Of a DNA stretch of 64,000 bases, positions 41,816 through 50,976 are shown in pieces. Position numbers and translations under genes: made by a program. The first letter of the stretch is position 1; the number at the start of each line of letters is the position of its first letter. Source of the DNA: Promethearchaeia archaeon (GTDB lineage Archaea > Asgardarchaeota > Lokiarchaeia > Sigyniarchaeales > SOKP01); assembly GCA_029856045.1 (NCBI GenBank), contig JAHQWG010000046.1:32001-96000 (forward strand), in the 5' to 3' direction. Under the pieces are notes generated by a model. That model searched no databases and had not been told where the DNA came from. It was given only the letters and a program-made list of their open reading frames with translations.

Positions 41816-41840
41816 TTTTTTTTTTTTTTTTATTATTTTT
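41816..41840 (+). terminator. Long T-tract, candidate archaeal terminator between convergent genes
   Basis: About 16 consecutive T after the Kce gene. Similar T-tracts follow many + strand genes in the window. Confidence 0.5.
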
Positions 41841-42098
41841 TCATTTTTTTTCACGATTTATCTGATAAATATATAGAGATATCGCATTATTTGGGCATTT
41901 TCTTATACATATATTGCATCCATAACATTGTCCAACTGTAATTGCCTTTCCATCAAGACCATACTCTCGAATTCTCAATGGACAAATTCTTATACAAGTC
42001 CCACAAGATTTACACTTAGATAAATCTGTTAATGCCTTAAATGCTCTTAACTTTAACTCATTTATTTTATTTTGTAAGGCATGGGATGCAGCTTTCAT
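41841..42098 (-). CDS. 2x[4Fe-4S] ferredoxin-like protein
   Basis: CKSCGTCIRICP and CYGCNICIRKCP. Confidence 0.9.
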   Translation of the reverse strand: MKAASHALQNKINELKLRAFKALTDLSKCKSCGTCIRICPLRIREYGLDGKAITVGQCYGCNICIRKCPNNAISLYIYQINREKK

Positions 42099-42186
42099 AA
42101 TTATAGATTTTAGATGTTTTATATTAATATAAATTTATTAAAAATTAAAAAAAAAAAGAAAAGATGATAAAATTCTATTCGATAAA

Positions 42187-43209
42187 TTAAGAAATATTTG
42201 AGCAAGCTTTCTTTAAGAGTTCCTCAGCTTTCTTAGTAAAACCACTTAAGATGTCATTAACACTTAAAATTTCATCAATTAATCCGACAGTTTGACCAAC
42301 AGGTATGGCTCCATCCTCAACATCGCCTTCTGTATATACAATTTCATATCTACGTAATTCTTCCAAAAATTCATCTAGATCATAGCCTAATTCTTGGGCA
42401 ATTTTATCCTCCTTAGAAATAATTTCACCATGTTCCAGAGCATATTTATTTTTTAATAATCTTATTGGACCAAAACCACCAGTTGTAAGTATAGTATCTC
42501 TTGCTGTTGCTGGAGGAATTAAATCCTTGTAATTTTGATGAAATTCACTCTCTTTACAGGCAATAAATCGAGTTCCCATAGCAATTGCATCGGCACCTGC
42601 AGCAATACCAGCTGCAATTCCTTCAGGACTTGCAAATCCACCACAAGCAACTACTAGATGTTCAGGATATTTACGCAAAACTTGTTGGAGTAGAACCAAA
42701 GTTGAAATTTCTTCATAGGATTGATGACCCCCTCCATCGATACCTGTAGCCACAATACCATCACATCCTGCTTTAACGATTTTATCAATCAACCATAAAG
42801 CAGGACCCACATGAAAATGTTTTACTTGAGGTAATTTCTTTTTTAACCATTCAGAGGCAAATCCAGCCCCTCCAGCGCTAGTTAATACATATACCAATTG
42901 TTCTCTAATTTTTGGATTTTCTCTCATCCATTTTGGAAGTGTCCGTATTAATACCTTGTGATCGGTTTGGATCCTTGCAGTTCTAATATTTAGGCCAAAA
43001 GGTTTATCGGTGCTCTCTATTACATGGATAATCTGCTCTTTCATATCTGTAACAGAATTCTTCCCTTGTAAAGTGGCATGACTCAGAACTCCCAGACCGC
43101 CTGCTTCAGAAACCGCAATCGCTAATTCCGTAGTATAAAAAGGGCCCATTGGAGCGCTTATAATAGGATATTTTAACCCAAACAGTTCAGTTATTCTGGT
43201 TTTTATCAT
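42187..43209 (-). CDS. Nitronate monooxygenase/FabK-like FMN enoyl-thioester reductase
   Basis: PIISAPMG, AVSEAGGLG, GIDGGGH, GGFA, MGTRF. Confidence 0.9.
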   Translation of the reverse strand: MIKTRITELFGLKYPIISAPMGPFYTTELAIAVSEAGGLGVLSHATLQGKNSVTDMKEQIIHVIESTDKPFGLNIRTARIQTDHKVLIRTLPKWMRENPKIREQLVYVLTSAGGAGFASEWLKKKLPQVKHFHVGPALWLIDKIVKAGCDGIVATGIDGGGHQSYEEISTLVLLQQVLRKYPEHLVVACGGFASPEGIAAGIAAGADAIAMGTRFIACKESEFHQNYKDLIPPATARDTILTTGGFGPIRLLKNKYALEHGEIISKEDKIAQELGYDLDEFLEELRRYEIVYTEGDVEDGAIPVGQTVGLIDEILSVNDILSGFTKKAEELLKKACSNIS

Positions 43210-43542
43210 ATTTTAACTTCACTTAAAATATTTTTAGATTAAATAAGTCTTCTTTAATTATATGGATATTAAATTTTTTATTTTGTATTCTTTTATTATT
43301 TCTAATTAATAATTTAATTAAAAATTGAGTATTACCAGCCCTTTAAGAAAAAATTATTCCTTTTTTTTCCATTTAAATAAATCAATAATTTAATGTTAAA
43401 TCATCTAAGCAAACTTCATTTGATATTCTATTAATAATTTTATTTTTTATGAGAAATTTAAAATAAAATTGAATACAGTATTAATGGTATTAATTTTTTA
43501 ATTAAAAAAATATTAAAAAAAATTTGAGATGATTTTCTAAAA

Positions 43543-44001
43543 ATGAAAGGAGAAATCCTAACTACTAAAGGTGCTGTTAGAGCTGAATTTGATTTTTGGG
43601 TTGGACTTTATTTAGATAAATTCTTGGAAGGTTTAGAACAAAAAAAATTTATTGGTAATAAATGTTCAAAGTGTGGAAAAGTATATATTCCACCCAGAAA
43701 AATCTGCGGAGATTGTTTTGAACACATTGAGGAATATGTAGATTTACCCGAAACAGGTGTATTAACTAATTTTACATTTACAAAATGGGCAATAAGTGAA
43801 AGAAGGCCTAGACAATCAAAAAATATCAAAATGATTGGTCTTGTAAAGCTTGATGGAGCGGATTCAGCAATGCTTTTACCCATATTAGAGACAGAACCGG
43901 AAAATCTTAAAATTGGGATGAAAGTTCAAGTTGTGTGGAGTGAAAAACCACAAGGTCAACCATCAGATATAAAAGGCTTTAAGCCAATCGGAGGTGCGTA
44001 A
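43543..44001 (+). CDS. DUF35 Zn-ribbon/OB-fold protein
   Basis: KCSKCG...PPRKICGDC, KLDGAD, LKIGMKV. Confidence 0.92.
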   Translation: MKGEILTTKGAVRAEFDFWVGLYLDKFLEGLEQKKFIGNKCSKCGKVYIPPRKICGDCFEHIEEYVDLPETGVLTNFTFTKWAISERRPRQSKNIKMIGLVKLDGADSAMLLPILETEPENLKIGMKVQVVWSEKPQGQPSDIKGFKPIGGA

Positions 44002-44003
44002 TA

Positions 44004-45149
44004 ATGGATAAAGTTGGCATTGTAGGTTATTATCAAGTTAAACCCGAAACTGACATTCAAATGAGTCGTCCTGAAATGATTTTTTATGCTACGCGCGGTG
44101 CTTTAGATTATGCTGGATTAAAAAGAGATGATCTTTCTACAGTTATTTCCGCCACCAATGATTATTATGATGGAAAAACTATCTCAAACTGTTTTACAGT
44201 CGATGCGGGGGGTGCCTATCTTAAGGATGAGAGTAAAGTTGAAATGGATGGCGCACATGCGGTAAACTATGGGTTAATGCGATGTCTTTCAGGTCATCAT
44301 AAATTGGCATTAGTGTGGGGCGCAAGTCAACCTTCAACATTTTATTATGGTTGTGTGAGGGTGCTTGAAAATGATCCTACATTTGACCGTCCAATAAATC
44401 TTTTAAACGATTATACAGCTGCTGCATTAGGAATGAGGGCATATATGAATAAATTCGGAGTTTCAGTTGAAGATATCGCAAAAGTTGGAGTAAAGAATCA
44501 TAAAAATGCAGCAAAGAATCCACTAGCGTGGAATGAAGCTCAACTACCAGGTATTACTGTTGAGGATGTTCTTAATTCGGAAATGTTAAGTGATCCTGTA
44601 ACTAAATTAATGCATGCAATGCCTTGCGATGGTGCTACAGCATTAATATTAGCTCCCGAAGAATTGGCGAAAAAGATTATAGATGATCCTGTTTGGATTA
44701 CTGGTGTAGGACTTTGTCAAGAAACATATTATCTTGGAGATAGAGATTTAAGTACTAGTATTTCAATGGAAAAAGCTTCACAACATGCATATAAAATGGC
44801 AGGAATAAACGATCCAAGAAAAGATATTGATGTAGTAGAGCTCTTTGAACATTCAGCATATGAGGAATTAATTCTTGCAGAAGCTTTAGGTTTATGTGAG
44901 AAAGGCAAAGGAGCCAATTTATCTTCAGAGATTAATGGAGAAATACCAATTAACCCATCAGGTGGAGCTATTGGAGCTTTTACCCCTTGTGCAATAGGAA
45001 TAACTAGATTAGTAGAAGCTGTAAAACAAATTCGGGGAGAGGCAAATGGTTATCAGGTAAAAGATGCAAATCGAGCGATAGCCCATGGTCAAATTGGTTT
45101 TTGTGCTCAAAATAATATTGTATTTATATTAGAAGGAGGTAAAAAATAA
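44004..45149 (+). CDS. Thiolase-fold protein, Ltp4-like
   Basis: ESKVEMDGAHA at the Cys loop, PCDGATA, INPSGG; no catalytic Cys/His. Confidence 0.8.
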   Translation: MDKVGIVGYYQVKPETDIQMSRPEMIFYATRGALDYAGLKRDDLSTVISATNDYYDGKTISNCFTVDAGGAYLKDESKVEMDGAHAVNYGLMRCLSGHHKLALVWGASQPSTFYYGCVRVLENDPTFDRPINLLNDYTAAALGMRAYMNKFGVSVEDIAKVGVKNHKNAAKNPLAWNEAQLPGITVEDVLNSEMLSDPVTKLMHAMPCDGATALILAPEELAKKIIDDPVWITGVGLCQETYYLGDRDLSTSISMEKASQHAYKMAGINDPRKDIDVVELFEHSAYEELILAEALGLCEKGKGANLSSEINGEIPINPSGGAIGAFTPCAIGITRLVEAVKQIRGEANGYQVKDANRAIAHGQIGFCAQNNIVFILEGGKK

Positions 45150-46396
45150 TGGGAGTACAACCAGTAATAGTTAGTGCGGGTTTTAGTGAACATGCATCAA
45201 AAAGATCTGATGTAAATATGGCAGAATTGATGAATGAAGCAATTGAAGATGCTTTAAGCAAATGTAATTGTACAATTGACGATATTGACTGTTTTATTAA
45301 TGGAAATATGCCTGCATTCGAAGGTGCTAATATTCCAGAGTTGTGGATGACAGATCATATGGGAGCAAAAAATAAACCATTTATGAGAGTAACCACTGGT
45401 GGAACCACAGGTGGTTCAATAGCTATTGCAGCATATTATGCTGTAGCATCAGGATTATATGATACAGTTTTAGCAACAGCATTTGAACAGCAATCTTGTG
45501 GAAGTACTACAGTTGGTCTATCCTCTGTTGCTTTAGGAGAAGTTTCAATATATCTTGAATTGGGATACGATTATGAAAAATTAAGGAGAAATATGGGTGC
45601 AGGGGCCGCAATTGGAGTTGGTGCTTATCAAGCGGTAAATTATATGAGACGAAGTCATTGTACGGAAGAAGATTTAGCCAGAGTTGTTGTTCAAAATAGA
45701 CATAATGCTGCAAAAAATTGGTGGACTCATTTAAAAATGCCTAACTATACAATTGAACAAGTATTAGATACTCCTTATATCTCATATCCCTTACGATTTG
45801 GTATGGTTACACCAGCTTCAGATGGTAGCTGTGCTATGATATACACGACTGAAGAAAATGCAAAAAAATTTACAGATACTCCTGTTTTTGTAAATGGAGT
45901 TGCAAGTGTAAGTAATGAAACAGCAATAGTAACGTCTGAAGCAGGGGGAGTTGGACAAATTGACCCTTGCGTACAATTGGGTGCAAAAATATCAGCAAAA
46001 TTAGCTTATGAACAAGCAGGTATTTCATTTCCAGAAAAAGAAATCGATTATGCTGAAGTATATTCTCCATTTCCTAATCAAGAACTTATGTGGTTAGAAA
46101 GGTTAGGGTTATTTGAAGAAAATACTGCACATATACAATACAGAGAGGGAATTACCGCACCTGACGGTGATTTACCGGTAAATTGCTCTGGCGGTGTAAA
46201 TTCCACTAATGCGATTGGTGCTTCAGCACTGGAAAGAGTCGCGGAAGCAGCTTTACAAATTATGGGGAAAGCAGGAAATCAAAGTCCAAAAGAAATACAT
46301 ACTGCTATTGGTCATGGATGGGGTGGCGCATTAAATTTAATTACCTTATCTGTTTTGGCAGATCAATCAAGAAGAAAATATAAAGGAGGGATATAA
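45149..46396 (+). CDS. Thiolase-fold protein, Ltp3-like retro-aldolase candidate
   Basis: KPFMRVTTGGTTGGS, AEVYSPF...LMWLERLG, SGGVNSTNAIGAS, GHGWGG. Confidence 0.82.
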   Translation: MGVQPVIVSAGFSEHASKRSDVNMAELMNEAIEDALSKCNCTIDDIDCFINGNMPAFEGANIPELWMTDHMGAKNKPFMRVTTGGTTGGSIAIAAYYAVASGLYDTVLATAFEQQSCGSTTVGLSSVALGEVSIYLELGYDYEKLRRNMGAGAAIGVGAYQAVNYMRRSHCTEEDLARVVVQNRHNAAKNWWTHLKMPNYTIEQVLDTPYISYPLRFGMVTPASDGSCAMIYTTEENAKKFTDTPVFVNGVASVSNETAIVTSEAGGVGQIDPCVQLGAKISAKLAYEQAGISFPEKEIDYAEVYSPFPNQELMWLERLGLFEENTAHIQYREGITAPDGDLPVNCSGGVNSTNAIGASALERVAEAALQIMGKAGNQSPKEIHTAIGHGWGGALNLITLSVLADQSRRKYKGGI

Positions 46397-46397
46397 A

Positions 46398-46919
46398 ATG
46401 GCGAGATTAGAATACATTAAAAAACAATATCCAAGAACAAGGAGAGTGCATGGAAATTGGTATTTATCCTCATATCAGTATAAATTCAATGTTAAAAGAA
46501 TTAATCAGTGTCTTGAACATCTAAGGATGGGAGAACTAGTTGGATTGAAATGTCGTTCATGCAATACAGTATCTTTTCCTCCTAGACTCATATGTCCCAA
46601 GTGTTTAAAAATGCCAGATCAATGGATCCATTTAAGGGAAACAGCTACGGTAGCAACATTTTCTGGAACCTATGCTAAAGAAAGTGGAGACACAGAAATA
46701 AGACCATATCCTGTTGTAGCAATTCGTCAAGATGGTGCGGACACAACTTGGCTTGCAAATTTACCAGAAGGCTTTGATTTCTTTAAAGTCTATGTCGGGA
46801 TGCCTTTAAAGATTAAATGGGCCGAGGATAAGAAGGGCGACTTTAGTGATATTGAATATTATGAACCAATAGAAGATCCAAGCATTGAAATGAACAAAAA
46901 AGAGGAAGCAGAGAATTAA
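46398..46919 (+). CDS. DUF35 Zn-ribbon/OB-fold protein
   Basis: KCRSCN...PPRLICPKC, RQDGADT, VGMP. Confidence 0.9.
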   Translation: MARLEYIKKQYPRTRRVHGNWYLSSYQYKFNVKRINQCLEHLRMGELVGLKCRSCNTVSFPPRLICPKCLKMPDQWIHLRETATVATFSGTYAKESGDTEIRPYPVVAIRQDGADTTWLANLPEGFDFFKVYVGMPLKIKWAEDKKGDFSDIEYYEPIEDPSIEMNKKEEAEN

Positions 46920-47080
46920 TTTAAGTATAAATTGATTCTCAATTATATATTTTAAATTTTTTTATTCTTTTTTTTTATTTACTACTTCTTGATTTATATT
47001 TTGATATTTTCATAAAGATTTTTAATATAATACTAAGAATTATTCATTAAGAAAAAAAAAAAAAGAGTATAAAAATTTTC

Positions 47081-48043
47081 ATGAAAGCGGCTGTTTTTAA
47101 GGGATTAGAAGAAAAAATAAAAATAATTGAAGATTATCCTAAACCAGTTCCAGATAAGGATGAAATTTTAATAAAGGTAAAATTCTGCGGAATTTGCGGA
47201 ACCGATGTATCTAGTTATTCTTATCAACTAGGTAGTGTTCCAATAATTATGGGGCATGAGTTTTCAGGCATTATAGAATCAATTGGAGAGAATGTCAAAA
47301 ATTTTCAAGTAGGAGACAGAGTTTCGGCTTGGGCAGATCAGGAATATTTCGGAAATGTTGAGGATGGTGGATTTGCTGAATATATGAAAGTAAAAGAGAG
47401 TTATGTAGTGAAAAAACCAAATGAAATAACTTTTGAAGAAATGTGTCTTGCAGAACCCGTATCTTGCCTTATTCATGCTCGAGATATTTCGGGTATAGAA
47501 AATAATGAAGGTGTCATTATTTTAGGTAGCGGCGTCATGGGAATTTCTTTATTGCAGGTATTATTAGCAACAAGAGAACCAAAATATGTAATAATGGTAG
47601 ATTTTAATCAAAATTTACTAGATAAAGCAATGGAGTTAGGAGCAACTAATTGTTTTAAACCAAAACAAAAAGTAAAAATCAGGAAATTTCTAAGAGAGAA
47701 GGGAGCTTGTTCTTTTGTATTCGATTGTGCTGGGACAGAATCTTCTTATTTATTAAGTTTAGAATTAGTTGAAAAAGGTGGAACGGTATTACTCGAGGGT
47801 ATTAAAAGAGGAAATATTCCAATACCAATGTTTATGATTGTATATAATGAAATTGTGGTTAAGGGAAGCTATTGCCAAACCAGAGAAGCCTTTTTGGGAG
47901 CAATAGAACTCATAAAAAACAAAAAGATAAACACGAAAAAAATGATTTCAGATATAATTCCTCTAGAAAAGGTTCAGGAGGGAATAGAACGAATGAAAAA
48001 AAGTGATAGAACCGAAATTAAAATATTAGTAAAAATATCATAA
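47081..48043 (+). CDS. Zn-dependent medium-chain alcohol dehydrogenase
   Basis: CGICGTD, MGHEFSG, GDRV, GSGVMG. The four-Cys structural-Zn lobe is absent. Confidence 0.92.
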   Translation: MKAAVFKGLEEKIKIIEDYPKPVPDKDEILIKVKFCGICGTDVSSYSYQLGSVPIIMGHEFSGIIESIGENVKNFQVGDRVSAWADQEYFGNVEDGGFAEYMKVKESYVVKKPNEITFEEMCLAEPVSCLIHARDISGIENNEGVIILGSGVMGISLLQVLLATREPKYVIMVDFNQNLLDKAMELGATNCFKPKQKVKIRKFLREKGACSFVFDCAGTESSYLLSLELVEKGGTVLLEGIKRGNIPIPMFMIVYNEIVVKGSYCQTREAFLGAIELIKNKKINTKKMISDIIPLEKVQEGIERMKKSDRTEIKILVKIS

Positions 48044-48076
48044 TTTAATAGTTTTTTTCTCATTATTAGTCTTAAG

Positions 48077-49414
48077 ATGAAAGAAAAATTTAATAATCAG
48101 CCATTAAGAGGAATGGTAGATCGTTTCCCTCCTGATTTGAGGGAAGAATATTACATAGTTAATAAAATTAGGGAGCTTTCTAAAAAATATGTTTATGAAG
48201 AGTTTGAAGCTCCTCTCTTGGAACCTATAGAAATTTACGCTGCAAAATCTTCAGAAGAGTTGGTAAATGAACAATCATTTACTTTTAAGAGTAAAGGTGG
48301 AGGTAAATTAATACTACGACCAGAATTAACTCCTTCTTTAGCTCGAATGATATCAAGAAAAAGTCAGGAAATGAAAAAACCCATTCGTTGGTTTAGCGTT
48401 CCAACTTGTTATCGATACGAGAGACCCCAGAGAGGGCGAACGAGAGAATTTAAACAGATTAATTTTGATATTTTAGGTGGGATTGGTTTATTAGAAGAAG
48501 TTGAAATCTTCAATATATCTGTGGATATTTTTACGTCATTTGGAGCAACAAATGACCAATTTCAAATATATTATAATAACAGACGACTAATTGATGCGAT
48601 TTTTAAATTTATTCTTAAAATTCCTGACAACATTTATATGAAAGTATATAAGGCACTTGATAAATCTGATAAAATGGTTGAAGAGGAATACCAAAAATAC
48701 TTAATGGATACTTTTAACGATGATAAATTAGCAAAGAATATTATACAATTAAATGAGATTGATAATATTGAGAAAATACCTTATGATAACATTCCGAATG
48801 AATTTTATAATTCACAAGGATATCAAGAAATAAAACAATTACAAATATTATTAAAAGAAACGAATTTGGAAGAATATTGCACTTTTTCAGCCGGAATAGT
48901 AAGAGGGTTAGATTATTACACAGGAACTGTATTTGAAGTATATGATACAGAAGAAAAAAATAGAAGATCTATTTTTGGTGGCGGTAGGTATGATGATTTA
49001 TTAAATTTATTTTCTAATGAACAGATATCTGGGATTGGTTTTGGAATGGGATTATTATCACTTAAATTGTTTTTACGAACTTATAACTTGATTCCAGAGA
49101 ACATAAAAGAGTTAGATTATTCAGATATTATTTATGTAACAACATTTAGTAGCGAATTGGCTCCTTTAAGTATTAAATTATCTCAAAAGTTTAGAAGAAT
49201 GGGTTTTAGATGTTTTATTGATTATTCTTGTGAAAAATTAGGAAATCAAATAAGTAAAGCTAATGAATTAAATTGTAAAGCAATTGCAATAATTGGTCCT
49301 CAAGAACAAGAAGAAAAGTCTGTAACTATTAAAAATTTACTCACTAATACCCAAAAAACACCAAAATTAAAAGATTTAAATGTAAATGTTCTAGAAGATA
49401 TACTTAAAAAGTGA
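48077..49414 (+). CDS. hisS: Histidine--tRNA ligase
   Basis: LRPELT, YRYERPQRGR.REF.Q, VRGLDYYTG, GGGRYD. Confidence 0.97.
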   Translation: MKEKFNNQPLRGMVDRFPPDLREEYYIVNKIRELSKKYVYEEFEAPLLEPIEIYAAKSSEELVNEQSFTFKSKGGGKLILRPELTPSLARMISRKSQEMKKPIRWFSVPTCYRYERPQRGRTREFKQINFDILGGIGLLEEVEIFNISVDIFTSFGATNDQFQIYYNNRRLIDAIFKFILKIPDNIYMKVYKALDKSDKMVEEEYQKYLMDTFNDDKLAKNIIQLNEIDNIEKIPYDNIPNEFYNSQGYQEIKQLQILLKETNLEEYCTFSAGIVRGLDYYTGTVFEVYDTEEKNRRSIFGGGRYDDLLNLFSNEQISGIGFGMGLLSLKLFLRTYNLIPENIKELDYSDIIYVTTFSSELAPLSIKLSQKFRRMGFRCFIDYSCEKLGNQISKANELNCKAIAIIGPQEQEEKSVTIKNLLTNTQKTPKLKDLNVNVLEDILKK

Positions 49415-49420
49415 ATTTTT

Positions 49421-50398
49421 ATGGGTAAAAATTTTGCAGATGAGTTAATTTCACAAATTAGGGAGAAAAAATCAATAATTTGTATCGGTTTAGATCCTCG
49501 GCTACCAGATGATAAGGAAACGTATTATATTCCACAATTTTTAGTAAATGAATTTAATGATAATTCTAAGGTGATATTTGAATTTAATAAAAGATTGATT
49601 GATGCTACAGTTGAATTTACTCCAATTTATAAACCAAACATAGCTTTTTATGAAAAATATGAGGCATTAACAGGATTAAAAAAAACAATAAAATATATCC
49701 AAAATAAAAATGCTTTAGTTATTTTGGATGCAAAAAGAGGAGATATCGGAACTACTTGTCAAGTATATGCTTCAAATCTTTTTGAAGGGTATAATGCTGA
49801 TTCAATAACTCTAAATTCTTATTTCGGAAGTGATGGAGTAGAGCCATTTATATCCTATAAAGAAAAAGGATTTTTTACACAAGTTAAAAATTCAAATAAA
49901 AGTTCTGTAGAATTTCAAGATTTATTCTCAATTCATTTAGAAAATATTCCTATTAAACAAGTTTCAATTAAGATTGACAAAATTAAAGGAGATCAGACAA
50001 TTTTAGAGCGAAATTTTATACATATGGCACGTCTAGTTAAAGAATGGGGAAAAGAGTTAATAGGAATAAACGGGTACAGTTCATTTGGTGCCGTAGTGGG
50101 CGCAACTTTCCCTGAACAGATGATCTCAATTCGAAAGATTTTAGATAATTGCTTTCTATTAATTCCGGGTTATGGCACACAAGGTGCTACAGGGGAGGAC
50201 GTGGTTCATGGAGTAAATGATGATGGATTGGGAGCAATTATTAATTCATCCCGAAGCATTGATTTCGCATATCAGAAACTGAATTATTCTAATAAGTTCT
50301 CTCCCGAAAATTTTGATAAAGCAGCAAGTGAAGCTGCATTGAAAATGAGGGAAGATATTAATAGAAAATTAAAACAGAATAATAAAAATATCATTTAA
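49421..50398 (+). CDS. pyrF: Orotidine-5'-phosphate decarboxylase (subfamily 2 type)
   Basis: CIGLDP, KPNIAFYE, DAKRGDIGTT, GAVVGAT, PGYGTQG, NSSR. Confidence 0.95.
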   Translation: MGKNFADELISQIREKKSIICIGLDPRLPDDKETYYIPQFLVNEFNDNSKVIFEFNKRLIDATVEFTPIYKPNIAFYEKYEALTGLKKTIKYIQNKNALVILDAKRGDIGTTCQVYASNLFEGYNADSITLNSYFGSDGVEPFISYKEKGFFTQVKNSNKSSVEFQDLFSIHLENIPIKQVSIKIDKIKGDQTILERNFIHMARLVKEWGKELIGINGYSSFGAVVGATFPEQMISIRKILDNCFLLIPGYGTQGATGEDVVHGVNDDGLGAIINSSRSIDFAYQKLNYSNKFSPENFDKAASEAALKMREDINRKLKQNNKNII

Positions 50399-50410
50399 GT
50401 CTCTAATTTT

Positions 50411-50800
50411 TTATAATTCTCCCATTAATGGTCCAATTATTGACATTGCGATTGTAATAGGAATTATTAATAAAACTGTAATAAAAATTGCCTTTTTAAT
50501 TCCGGTGTCATGAAAAATATTAATCATATTTGTCACAATGAAAACTGCAAGAATTGAAAGACCAAGAATTGCAACTATATCAAAACCTCTCATTTCAATA
50601 AACATTAATTGCAACATGATAAACATGATTGTTCCCAAATAAATGATATAATATATTAATACTTGTTTCATACCCGTTTTTTTTTCCGCTTTAACGATAA
50701 CCAATCCTAACTTTAATAATAGTATTCCGATCAGTGAAGCCACAGATACTATAATTATTTGGATAATCATTTCAACAGGAATTTCAGTTTGAAATAACAT
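50411..50800 (-). CDS. Small membrane protein (about 4 TM)
   Basis: Hydrophobic 129-aa ORF. Confidence 0.7.
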   Translation of the reverse strand: MLFQTEIPVEMIIQIIIVSVASLIGILLLKLGLVIVKAEKKTGMKQVLIYYIIYLGTIMFIMLQLMFIEMRGFDIVAILGLSILAVFIVTNMINIFHDTGIKKAIFITVLLIIPITIAMSIIGPLMGEL

Positions 50801-50976
50801 ATCAATACCTTTTTTTAAAAAGTAATTTTTTTATAAATTTTGTTTATATTTTTACAGATAAAAGATTTAAAGTTAGATTTAATTTATTTAACTTAATTAT
50901 AATTAATCAAAAATAATACACTTTAATAAATTTGGAGGAATATTTTAAAAGTAAAATAAAAATTAAGGTCATTGGA

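Noticed and set aside
38946-43209. IpdAB/IpdC steroid C/D-ring degradation genes
   Set aside because: The B subunit keeps the GctB-type catalytic Glu (IIFEAGG), which points to a true CoA transferase. No steroid ring enzymes are visible.
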